NCBI GenBank assembly: GCA_963807845.1
Contig: CAWEDS010000001.1
Span: 32,368-96,367 of the forward strand
Source of the DNA: an uncultured Gammaproteobacteria bacterium
GTDB taxonomy: Bacteria > Pseudomonadota > Gammaproteobacteria > Steroidobacterales > Woeseiaceae
Reading direction: 5' to 3'
DNA length: 64,000 nucleotides
Shown: positions 20,144 to 30,917 of the stretch, piece after piece
Numbering within the stretch: position 1 is the first letter of the stretch
Layout: every line of letters starts with the position of its first letter
Position numbers and translations under genes: made by a program
The notes under the pieces: generated by a model
Database searches by the model: none
Told to the model about the DNA's origin: nothing
Seen by the model: the letters and a program-made list of their open reading frames with translations, nothing else

Positions 20144-23100
20144 ATGGCAGGCGACTCGAACGAAAACACGCCAGGCGACGATCGCGAGCAGCTGGACTCG
20201 ACCGGTGAGTTCTTCAGCGTCGGTGCGCCGCTGCACGCGGTGCGCGCGGGTTACATACGACGAAAGGCCGATGAGCTGCTGTTCGATACGGTTATCGGCG
20301 GGCGCTACGCGCACGTACTGGCGCCGGAACGCAGCGGCAAGTCCAGTCTTATTGCGGCGACCGCGGTGCGCCTCGAAAGCAAGGGCTGCAAGGTAGCGAT
20401 ACTCGATCTGCAGCAGATCGGTGTTCGCGACGGCGGCGGCGACGACCCGGGCCGCTGGTACTACAACGTCGCCTACCGGCTGATGCGGCAGTTGCGCATT
20501 CGTTTCGACCTGCAAAGCTGGTGGCAGGACAAGTCGGTCCTGAGCAACCGGCAGCGGCTTGTCGAATTCTATTCCGAGGTCATCCTGCAGTTCGTTCCCG
20601 AGCGCATCGTCGTGTTTCTCGATGAAATTCAGTGTATCGAGGGGCTTACGTTTGCCGATCAGCTGCTAGCGAGCATTCGCGCCGCGCACAATGCGCGCAC
20701 GACGGATCCTGACTTCTCGCGGCTGTCATTCGTGCTGCTGGGCGAATGCGATCCACTCAACCTCATCGAAGAGGCTGAGTTGTCGCCCTTTAACGTGACG
20801 CAGCCCGTTGCGTTGAACGACTTCACCCGTGAAGAGCTGGAACTGTTTTCGACGGAGCTGAATCTGAATCTTAAGGATTCGCTCGATCGCGCTGGACCGG
20901 ATTTTTTACTGGACGCGGGGTCAGCCGTACCTCTGCCAGAAACTGGCACGCGCCGTCGCACGCGACGCCAATGGCGAGGATATCGAAACGTTCGTCGACC
21001 GTGTGGCCTGCCAACAGCTGGCCGGACGCGCCGCTCTGCACAATGAGCCGCACATGAGTCATATCCATCGCGTCATCGTTAACGATGAGAAACGCGTGGA
21101 GCCGCTTCTCAACCTGTACGGCAAAGTGCGCAAGGGAGATCGCATGGCGGCGGATCTCGGTTCGCCGTTGCAGCGACGCCTCATGGCCGTGGGCTTGCTG
21201 GTGATCGACGATGACGGCAACCTCGCCGTGAAAAACCCGCTTTACGAACGGGTATTTACGACGCGCTGGGCGAACGAAAACCTGCCCATCCGCCTGCGTA
21301 TTCCGGCCGCTGTCGCCGGCGCCGTCCTGTTACTTGCGCTGGTTCCGTTCTGGTACACGCAATGGCTGCCGCGTCCCTACGTCGAGATCCTCACCTCGAG
21401 CAGCGTCGACCTCGAGACCGCCGGCGAGTCTTATCGCAATTTGCGCTCCTTTCCCGCGGCATGCGGATATCGCCGACCACCTGTACCGTAATTTCCTGGC
21501 GCAGCGCGGACGGGCGGCGGTCAGCGAAGAGGACATCGAGCGCGTCGTCGGCCTGGCCGCGACGCTGCCCGACAGCGGCCGTTTTCCGCAGGGGCTGGAG
21601 GCGGAGTTCTGGGATCGGCGGGCACTGTCGGCCAAGCAGGCGGAACGACGCGACGATGCCCTGGTCGCTTCCTTGAAGTCCCTGCGGATGGCAACGCCGC
21701 AGCGGCGCCAGCGCGCCGCCAACCTCGTCGGCGACGATTACCCGACCCTGATTGCAAGCCTGCCCGGCGTTGGCGGTACGCGTGCTGTTTTTGATCCTGT
21801 CAGCATGGTGCTGACGTCGGTCGAGGGCGCCGCTGTCTCGCAGTGGTCTTACGCGACGCAGGCTTTGCAGCGCCGTGACGACTGGGTAATGACCGCGCTC
21901 GAGGTCGTGCCACTGGTGCGGCGCGTGGTTATGGATCGCTCCGGCAGCGTCAGCCGAATCGGCCTGACGCTGAATATCAGTCACGCCCGACTGTCGGATC
22001 TTCGCATCAAGTTGATCGCGCCCTCCGGGCGTGCCGTGGAAGTGGAAACCGGCCTCGAGCGCGCTTCGAGTGGCGATGACATTCGCATCGCGCCGCAACA
22101 GTTACGGGACATGATCGGAGAGACCGCTCACCGGGACCTGGTCGATCAGCGTTCGCGACGAGAATCTCGGCATCGCCGGACAGTTTGTCGGCTGGAATCT
22201 GAAGTTGAATTCGCAGGGCAACATCGAGGATTTTCAGCGCGGCCTGAACATTCCTGAGCCGATCGAACGCCCGTCGGACAACGTCTGGTTTGACAGCAGC
22301 GGTCGTTTCGCGATTGCGCGCGCCCTGCAAAGCGATAGCGCGCGCATCTGGGATCTCGCGCTGGCCGAGCCGGTTCGCGCGATCGCCGTCAATGAGAGCG
22401 AGGTGTTGATCGGACTGGCCGCTGGCGCGCGACATCTTGCAACGGCCACGCAGGACAATGTCAACCTGTGGGATACGGCAACCGGTGACCGCGTTGTATC
22501 GATACCCATCGGCTCTCCGAGCAGCGGCGCCGTACTCACCGCCGACGGCACGCAATTGTTTGTCCAGCGTCGTGGCGATGTCGAGACGAAGCTCGAGCTC
22601 TGGTCAATCGAGACCGCCGCCATGATCGCGGAGGTCGCGGTGGCCGGCTCGCCGTCGCTGGTGACCGTCGATTCCACCGGTAGCCACGTCGCCGTTGCCG
22701 ATTACGACAGGGCGGTGCGAGTCTGGAATTTATCAACGCGGTGAGCTTCGTGCGCAGATCGACCTGCCCGAGCAGCCGAGTGTCATTCGATTGGCGAGAG
22801 GCGGCGCGAGCCTCGGTGTGATCTACGGCGACGCCGGTGTCTCGCTGTGGAACGTCGATCGTCCGCAACAGTCATTGCTCGAGGAGTTCGGCACGGGTCG
22901 CTGGCAACTGGTCTTTCTGCCCTCGGGTGCCAGCGTGGTCGCCGGACGTCCGGACATCGGATTCCAGGTGTATTCGAGCGACGACGGACAGCTTGTTGGT
23001 CCCGCGATCGGTGTGCGCGACGACGCCTTTGCCGAGGATCTGCTTGCATCGAGTGACGACGAGCAGCTGCTGCTCACCGGCTCCGTAGACAACCTGGTAA

Positions 23101-24235
23101 GGGTGTGGAGGGCGCCGTCCGCGCAGAACGAGGATGACGCGAATCGACCCGATCGGCGAGCACCAGGTCTGGAAACCCTCGGGAGACCGCGTGCTTGCGT
23201 GGACGCCCGATACCAGTCAAGGTCCTGATCGGCGACCCGCGCGGGCATCGTGCACGTCGTTCCCGCAGGCGCCGGGGTCGACGACATCCGGGCGACTGAA
23301 CGAAGACGTGAGTTTCGTCGGGCATAATGCGGACGTCCGCGTGCTGGCGCTGAATCGCAGCGGTTCGCTGGCGGCGAGTGCCGCGTCAGACAACTCTATT
23401 CGCGTCTGGGATACCGACAGCGGGCAGCCACTTGCCCTATATCGCGGCGATCTCCGGGGCGGCTGTTTCGCGCATGGTGTTTTCGCCGGACTCTTCGTTG
23501 CTGGGTATTGTCAATGGCGAAAGTGCGTGGGTGATGCGGGTTGAGGACGGTGAAATCGTCGCGCGCTTCGATCTCGGCGAGCGGCACGCCGGTATCGCTT
23601 TCACGGGCGACCAGCAATTATTCGTCGGCGCAGACAGTGGTTCGTTGCGTTTGCTTGCCGGCAACGCGGACGGTGCCTGGACGCAGCAACAGGTCTGGCA
23701 AGGTGCCGCGGCCATTCACTGGCTGGAAGCCTCACCGCGCGGTGACTACCTGGTCCTCGTGGACGCGAACAACCAGGCAAGCCAGTTTGTCCTCAGCGAG
23801 GAGCGCCTTGCCGATGGCGTTCTGCAACTGCCGGCCGCCGTGTCAGACGTGATGTTCAGCCGCGTGGGCAACCGCGTTTTTCTGCGGACGTCGCGCTGGG
23901 TACACCAGGCCAGCTCAACGGTCGCCGGACTGACGTGGCAGGACAGCGTGTTTGCGCCGCCGGCCGTGCACGGCAGCCGAATCGTTGTGGCGGATGCACG
24001 AGCAGGCGCGCAGGCGAATCGCATTTACCAGCCGGCGGCACGAAACGGATTTGTCGAGCTTGTCGAACTCGGTTTCGCGGGTTCGTCGGTTCCCGGTCTG
24101 TTTGGCAGCCGGGATGAACTGCTGGACTACTGGCGGCTTCGCCTCGAGGGCATTGCTGGAGGCGCCGCCAGGCCTCGATCGACTGATTTCTATCGCGTGT
24201 CGTGGCCTAGCGCAGGTCGCCGCGTAGCGTCCTGA
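20144..24235 (+). pseudogene. ~1360-codon AAA-like ATPase / single TM / P-domain / WD40-type repeat protein, at least eight frame changes
   Basis: Walker A LAPERSGKSS, Walker B VVFLDEIQ and RIFYWTRGQPYLCQKLA (AAA-like-domain pattern). TM IPAAVAGAVLLLALVPFWYTQWL at ~21300-21365. P-domain-like LNISHARLSDLRIKLIAPSG ... GTWSISVRDENLGIAGQFVGWNLKL. WD-like endings VRVWNLS, VRVWRAP, IRVWDTDSGQ. Confidence 0.6.
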
Positions 24236-26113
24236 CCAGCAGCTCGAGTTTTTCAGCCGTTACCTGCGATGCCGGCACCGGCTCGCCGAACCAGACGGGG
24301 ACCCGCGAGAACAGGCGGCCCGGAATTTTCCGGATGCCGCCGCTCTGACGCCGGCTGAACCAGCTGCCCCAAAGCCGGCCCACCGCTGCCGGCACGACGG
24401 GCACCGGCCGCCGCTGGATGATGTGCTCGATACCCGGTCGAAAGCGGTGAATTTCGCCGTCACGGGTTATGGCGCCCTCCGGAAATATGCACACGACGTT
24501 GCCTGCCGCCAGTTCCGCGTCGACCTTCTCGAAGGCTTCGTCCATCAGCGCCTTGTCTTCTCGTGCTGACGCGATCGGAATGGCCTTTGCGGTTCTGAAC
24601 AGGAAACTCAGCAATGGCATCTGGAAAATCTTGTACCACATGACGAATCGCATCGGACGGCGAACGCAACCGCCGAGAATAATCGGGTCCATGAAGCTGA
24701 CGTGGTTGCAAACGACGACGGCCGCGCCCTCGGCGGAATATTGTCGAGCCCGACCGGGCGCACACGATAGACGACAGTGATCATCAGCCAGGCAAGGAAG
24801 CGCATCAGAAATTCGGGCAGCAAGGAATAGATATAGATTGCGACGACGACATTGAGCACCGCGATAATCACGAACAGCTCGGGAATGGAAAATCCGGAGC
24901 GAAGCACGACAATCGAAAGTATCGCGGCACCCACCATCAGCACCGAGTTGATGATGTTGTTGGCCGCGATGATGCGCGACAGGTGCTGGCGTTTGGAGCG
25001 CTTCTGGATCAGTGCGTACAGCGGCACGCTGTAAAAGCCGCCGAATGCGCCGAGCAAGACGAGATCGGCAAGGATGCGCCAGCTTCCGTCGCGGGCCAGA
25101 AACTCGCCGATAGATGCTGACAGCGACAACGTCGTGCGAGTCGGCTGCGCGAAATAGAGATCGATCGCGAAGACACTGCAGGCCGATCGACCCGAACGGC
25201 ACGAGGCCGAGTTCTATGCGGTGCCCCGACATGCGCTCGCACAGCAGCGAACCGATGCCGACGCCGACGGCGAATGCGGCCAGCAAGCGCGTGGTAATCG
25301 CCTCGTTGCCGTTCAGAATCTCGAGCGTGTACGCGGGTATCTGGATCGTCATCGCGGAACCGAAAAACCAGAACCACGAAATGCCGAGGATCGACAGGAA
25401 TACGCTGCGCTCCGCGCGCGCAAATCGCACGATGCGCCAGGTTTCCTGCCAGGCGTTCCAGTTGATGGTTAAGCCGGGATCGACGGCCTGCGTTCGCGGC
25501 ACCTGGCGGCTGGTCATGTAGCCGATCAACGCGACCAGCACGAGGCAGGCGCCGAGAATACGTTTGCCGCTGCAAATTCGAGGTTGCCGGTGAAATCGCC
25601 GGCGACGGCGATACCGCCGACGATGAGACCGAGGATTATCGCGATATAGGTTCCGGACTCGACCAGCGCGTTGCCGCCGACCAGTTCATGGTCATCCAGC
25701 TGCTGCGGCAGGTAGGCGTATTTCACCGGACCGAACATCGTGGACTGGCAGCCCATCAGGAACAGCACGAGCAGGAGCAGCGAGTAGCTTTCGGAAATCA
25801 GGGCAAACGCGGCGAGCAGCATCAGCGCGATTTCGAGCAGCTTGATGCGCCGAATCAGCATGGATTTTTCGTACTTGTCGGCCAGCTGCCCCGCGGTCGC
25901 CGAAAACAGGAAAAACGGCAGGATAAACAGGCCGGCTGCCACGTTCGCCAGCTGCGAGTGGTCCATCCCCGCGACCAGTACGCCCTGGAAGGTAATCAGG
26001 ATGACCAGGCCGTTGCGAAAGATGTTGTCGTTGAGCGCCCCGAGAAACTGGGTGGCGAAGAACGGGGCAAATCGGCGCTGGCCGAGAAGCGCAAACTGGC
26101 TCGATCCTGACAA
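24207..26113 (-). pseudogene. MFS lysophospholipid transporter (LplT-like) fused to a PlsC-type acyltransferase; at least three frame changes
   Basis: N-terminus SQFALLGQRRFAPFFATQFLGALNDN with many TM segments. C-terminal acyltransferase motifs NHVSFMDP (HX4D) and FPEGAITRDG. Frame breaks near 25560, 25150 and 24745. TTG start proposed at 26113. Confidence 0.7.
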
Positions 26114-26288
26114 TGGACTGCTCCCGTGCAAAGAACACCGCGCCACTATAGCGCGAAAAAGAGCGCGGACAGCGCTCGAAAAAGTGCGAACTCGCGCGAA
26201 CAGCCGGACTGCGGCAATTTTGCTATCATCCGATAGGCAATAGCTGTATTCTTTCGAGAGTCGTCGGAAAACGGATCGATTACGCCCT

Positions 26289-26833
26289 ATGAACAGGCAC
26301 CTTACATTCATGCTTGCCGGCTTGCGCCGTGCTGGCCGGCTGCGGCAAAGAACCGCCACCGCGGTCTGTCGACGAATTCGTCGAAAATCCGATTGTTGCT
26401 GGAAGCGGCGATGGTTCGTTGTTCCGAGGATCGCTCGAAGACTCGCTATGACGAGGAATGTGTCAATGCACGACTGGCTGTCTCGCGCATCCAGGCTCGC
26501 GAGGAAGCGGCGCGCAAGGTGGCGCTCGAGGCGAGCTCGGAAAGAAAGCGGGATGCGCTGCGGCGACAGCAGGCGGCCGCTGCCGAGGCTCGTCGTCGCG
26601 CGGCCGAAGCAGAGCGAGTTCGCAAAGAGGCGGAGTACCTGTCGCAATTTGGCCTGCAGCCTGGTGATGCCGAGCGCGCCGAACCTGTCCGCCGGACAGC
26701 CAGAGGCGTCAGCGCCGGTGACCGACCGTGGCCGAGACCGATGCGCGTGGATCCGAACCCGCAACCGTCGTTATCGGACCTCGAGTCGGTTCGCGAAGAA
26801 CTCAAGCGTCGCAACGAACAGGGCGGCGACTAG
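26289..26833 (+). pseudogene. lipoprotein with an EexN-like N-terminal Cys motif and an Ala/Arg/Glu-rich coiled-coil tail; two early frame changes
   Basis: MNRHLTFMLAGL.. / ..AVLAGCGKEPPP (lipobox LAGC in a second frame) / ..LLEAAMVRCSEDRSKTRYDEECVNARLA in the frame of ORF 26393..26833. Confidence 0.45.
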
Positions 26834-27911
26834 TCCTCTGTCGCGCGGCATCGTCCGCACGTGAAGATCGCGTTGCGGAAACGGAATCTCGATACGTTCT
26901 GTCGATGAACGCTTTGTAGACAGCGCAGTTCAGTTCATGCGATAACGCGGCCCCGGTCGACGGGCTGCGCGATCCAGCCCAGCAGTTCGAAGTCCAGGCT
27001 GGAGTCGCCGAACCTGCGGAAGCGAACGCGCGGTTCCGGATCGTTCGAGGACATCGTTATTGTCGGCCGCCACACTTTCCGAGCGTCGCAATGACGTGGT
27101 CGATATCACTGCCGTAGGCGACGCCGACAGCGACGCGAATCCGGTGGTTGGGAGACGGACCGCCCGCCTCGTTGATGATCTTGCCGTTGCCGATGATGCC
27201 GTTGGGCACCGTGATTTCGACATCGTCACGCGTCAGGATGCGCGTGCTGCGCAGGCCAATCTCCGTGACGATGACCGCGTTCGCCGGTTTCGAGAATAAT
27301 GAAGTCGCCGGTTTTGTAGGGCGCATCCATGATGATCGAGACACCGGCAAAGAGGTTTGAGAGCGTGTCTTTCGCGGCGAAACTGAGCGCCAGGCCGACG
27401 ATACCGGCCGATGCCAGCCACGCGGTGACGTCAATTTGCCAGGCGATGAAGAGGAAGTAGACCGTCAGCGCGACCAGCACGATCTTCAGCACGTTGTGTA
27501 GCAGCGAACGCATGCCCGACTGCAGCATCATGCTGTCCGGCGCGTGCCGAGCGACCTCATGATGAGGTTCAGCAGGTTGCTGAGCGTGCTGTACCAGACA
27601 AAAATCGCGATCGTCTTGAGTATGCCGATCGTGATGAACAAGGGCGTATCGGGCAGACCGATGCGGCGTGCCGCAAGCCCCAGTCCTATCAGCACAAACG
27701 ACAGGAATATCGGCCGATGAACCAGTGTGACCAGCTGATCGTCGAAGTTGTTTGAAGAACGCCCGGCGATGCGGCCGACAACGCCGGAGATTATCAGGTC
27801 GGCGATCTTGCCGACGATGATGAAGATGGCCGCGATAATCGCGGCCTGCAGGTAAATATTGGGGCCAATCAGCTCAGCGAGCTGCTGCACCTTCGCGATA
27901 ATGTCGTTCAA
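26771..27911 (-). pseudogene. MscS-family mechanosensitive channel, at least five frame changes; 3' end uncertain
   Basis: TM region in ORF 27528..27911. Pore and beta-domain motifs AKDTLSNLFAGVSIIMDAPYKTGDFI, TRILTRDDVEITVPNG, PEPRVRFRRFGDSSLDFEL and IEIPFPQRDLHV are scattered over three frames. Confidence 0.7.
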
Positions 27912-27931
27912 TGCTCTGCTAGTCCGTGCGC

Positions 27932-28756
27932 CTAGTAGTTCGGGTCATACTCGGTGTCGTCGGTGACCGGTTCGGCCACCTCCGGTACGCCGTAGGTGCG
28001 TACGTTCGAGGCGTCTTCTTCCAGCGGTTCTGCCTGTTCCGCACCCGCCTGCATACCCGGCGACGTGGGCAGGCGCCGTGTTTGCGCGGTCAGTATCTGC
28101 ACGAACGTATTGGCGATGTCCGGCGCGATGTTGGGCGAACTGACGAAGATTTTTTCCGGCGTCATGCTGGTGGAACTGTAGAACGCCGCGTTGGCCTTGC
28201 GGTCCATCGTGACCCCGGCGCCTTCGAGCGCGAGCCCGGCAAACAGGCCGCGGCTGCGCGAATAGGAGACGACTTCGGCTTCGAACTTGATGTCGGTCGC
28301 GATGCCCGTATGCCGCCCGACCGGACCGGCAGCGACCGATGCGTCCGCGCCCAGCGTTAACTTGCCATTGGCGATGCCGTCTACGCCTTTGCGCGTTTTG
28401 AACACCAGGATGATGTCGGTCGACTGGGCGCCAATCTGCCAGCCGACGCTGCCGCCGGTCAGCGTAATAAACGCCGGATTGCTCCATGAATTGTCGTCCT
28501 GGCGAATCACCAGCAGGCCTTTGCCGCGGCGCGCACCCAGTCCGAAGGCCGCTTTGACCACGTTTGGCACGACCGCGACGGCGTAGGCGCGGGAGAGCAG
28601 GGTGGGCGGAATCGTTTTTTCCGGAATCCGCAGCAGCTGATCGACGACATCCGATGCGTCGGCAACGCGTTTTTCTTCGCGCGTTGCCGCCTCGCTGGTG
28701 GCGGCAAGCAACAAGGAGGCCAGCAAAAGAATTGCCGTGAAACATGATCTGTTCAT
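27932..28756 (-). CDS. SYLF (Ysc84 / DUF500) lipid-binding domain protein with signal peptide
   Basis: Uses the internal Met MNRSCFTAILLLASLLLAATSEA. GLGARRGKGLLV, GGSVGWQIGAQSTDIILVF and SRSRGLFAGLALEG are typical of SYLF domains. Confidence 0.75.
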   Translation of the reverse strand: MNRSCFTAILLLASLLLAATSEAATREEKRVADASDVVDQLLRIPEKTIPPTLLSRAYAVAVVPNVVKAAFGLGARRGKGLLVIRQDDNSWSNPAFITLTGGSVGWQIGAQSTDIILVFKTRKGVDGIANGKLTLGADASVAAGPVGRHTGIATDIKFEAEVVSYSRSRGLFAGLALEGAGVTMDRKANAAFYSSTSMTPEKIFVSSPNIAPDIANTFVQILTAQTRRLPTSPGMQAGAEQAEPLEEDASNVRTYGVPEVAEPVTDDTEYDPNY

Positions 28757-28812
28757 TGTGTATCCGACAGGTGAATCGCCCGGGAGTTCTATACTACGAC
28801 AAAACGGGCCGA

Positions 28813-29748
28813 CTAAGAATGCAGATCGGCGTTCCGCGGCAGGCGGGCGCTTCGGTGTACCAGGATAGGCGGCAGCGGGTAGTCGAGCGTCGCACACACG
28901 GCGCGAATGAGTTCGGCCTCGCCGATCGACAGCCTGCCGTCGTGCGCTGCCGTCAGGCTGATGGCGCGAAGCAGGGATTCCTTGCCCTTGCTGTTGAGTC
29001 CGAGCAGCACGTCGAGGCTACGGTCGAGGAGCGGTACGTCGTAGTCCTGGTCGGACCCGTAGTCGTACTCGTTTGCCCACCGGCCCAGTGCCGCGCGACC
29101 GGCGCGAAACGCCGCCTCGCTGCTTTGTGCGGATTCATGACCATAGCTGGCGAGCACGCGCAGCAGGTCAATGGCGGCCGTCCGCAGTTCTTTCTTGCGC
29201 GCCCGAATGGGAGTGCGCCGTCCTGACGGATCGATGGCCTGGCCGAGGTTGCTCATCAGTATTCGGTAAAAACAGTATTCGTAAAAGTCGATCCTGCCGT
29301 CGATCTCGATCATGCGCGTCGCCAGCGAAACGAGGTAGCTGAGTTCCTGCGTGGGCCGCAGCTTCAGCGCCGGAAAGGCGATCGACAACAGCGGCAGGCG
29401 GTACTCCGCACCCGTGGTCGCCAGCTCCTCGTAGTAGCGACGCAGCACTTTCGCGCGCTCGGCGCCGAGCTGGTCGCGAGCCAGGGACAGCTGCCGGTCC
29501 AGCGCGCTGCCATCCTGGTCGAGAATCAAGGCCAGCGTCACCAGGTAGGCGAAGTCCGGCGAATGGGCGGCGGCGTACAAGGACTCGGGCACCGACTGCC
29601 GCAAGTGTTGTGCGTATTCGATGTGCTCGCTTTCCGGGTTGCCGACCGTGTCGGCAATAGAGTCGGCCAGCACGGCGGCGCCGCCGCTCGCAAGCGCCGT
29701 TGTCACGTCGCCGGCGATTCCGGCGTGCAACGATTCCGGGTTCTTCAT
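28813..29748 (-). CDS. hypothetical helical protein; possibly the C-terminal module of the upstream M48 peptidase
   Basis: 311-aa ORF whose ATG overlaps the M48 stop (ATGA at 29745-29748). The helical repeat-like sequence is only guessed to be TerB/DjlA-N-like. No motif recognised firmly. Confidence 0.45.
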   Translation of the reverse strand: MKNPESLHAGIAGDVTTALASGGAAVLADSIADTVGNPESEHIEYAQHLRQSVPESLYAAAHSPDFAYLVTLALILDQDGSALDRQLSLARDQLGAERAKVLRRYYEELATTGAEYRLPLLSIAFPALKLRPTQELSYLVSLATRMIEIDGRIDFYEYCFYRILMSNLGQAIDPSGRRTPIRARKKELRTAAIDLLRVLASYGHESAQSSEAAFRAGRAALGRWANEYDYGSDQDYDVPLLDRSLDVLLGLNSKGKESLLRAISLTAAHDGRLSIGEAELIRAVCATLDYPLPPILVHRSARLPRNADLHS

Positions 29749-30807
29749 CGTGTTCGTTGACGCGGATCGACGCGCGGAAAATCGGTGTCGCGGAAACTCG
29801 GGTCGAGCGCCTGTATGCGCGCGACCAGCGGCGGGTGCGTGGCAAACAGGCTGCAGAATCGTGCGCCGGTGCCGAACAGCATGTGGCTGACTTCCTCCGG
29901 ATCCGCCGACTTGATGAGCGATCCTTCGCTGTAGCCGCCGATTTTCTTCAGCGCATTCGCGATGCCGCTGCTCTGGCGCGTGAACTGCACGGCCGAGGCA
30001 TCCGCAAGGTATTCGCGCTGCCTCGAGATGCCCGCTTTGATGACGCGCGCAAAGAACACGCCGATACCACCGACGACCATCAGGCCGAGGCCGATGACCA
30101 GCGCGACCGGCGCGCCGCGATCCCGGCGGCTGGAGATGATGCTGGTGTGGTGACCACCCCGGACGATCAGGCGTCCGATCAGGCCCAGCACCATGATGCC
30201 GAAGAGCACGCCCATCAGGCGGATGTTGAGACGCATGTCGCCGTTGAGTATGTGGCTGAACTCGTGCGCAATGACGCCCTGCAACTCATCGCGATCGAGC
30301 AGTTCCAGCGTGCCTCGCGTGACAGCGACGGCCGCATCGCTCGGCGTAAAGCCGGCGGCAAACGCGTTGATGCCGCTTTCCTCCTCGAGAACGTAGATCT
30401 CCGGAACCGGCACGCCCGAGGCGATGGCCATTTCCTCGACGACGTTACGCAGACGGCGGCGCAGCGGGTCCTGTACGTCGGCCGGAACCAGCGTGCCACC
30501 CATGCTCGGTCGCAACGCGCCCACCGCCGGCGGACAGAACCGACGTCTTGAACAGGCTGGCGCCGAGAATGAAGAGCGTCGTCAGCACCGCCGTGCCGGC
30601 GAGTACCGGTCCCTGCGCGACAAAGAAGTCGGCGTTCGCGTAGGCACGGCCCGAGTTGATCTGGAAGCTGGCCGCCGTGAAGTTGTAAAGGACGATACCG
30701 ACGATCGCGGTGACGGCGGCGACGATGACTATCGTCGCGACAATGTAGGCGATAACCAGACGACGCGACGTTCGGCGTGCCCGGTCCTGCGCGTCAAAAA
30801 AATTCAC
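29745..30807 (-). pseudogene. M48-family zinc metallopeptidase (HtpX-like), one frame break near 30515
   Basis: N-terminal TM part in ORF 30445..30807. The peptidase body (RNVVEEMAIASGVPVPEIYVL, HEFSHILNGD) is in ORF 29745..30524. Confidence 0.8.
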
Positions 30808-30917
30808 CGTGCGCCCTGTTCGGCCGGCTGCAAATCAGGGCGCTATGGCCATAGCGCCCGAGCCGCACCGCGCCGGGTGCGCGGACATCCTGCAACACAT
30901 TGGCCTGACACTGGCGG

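Noticed and set aside
26828-26836. Shared ACTAGT at two convergent gene ends (26828-26836 and 53431-53439), giving TAG stops on both strands.
   Set aside because: CTAG is self-complementary, so overlapping TAG stops at convergent ends arise trivially. With two occurrences and uncertain 3' ends in frame-broken genes, this is not evidence for a motif.
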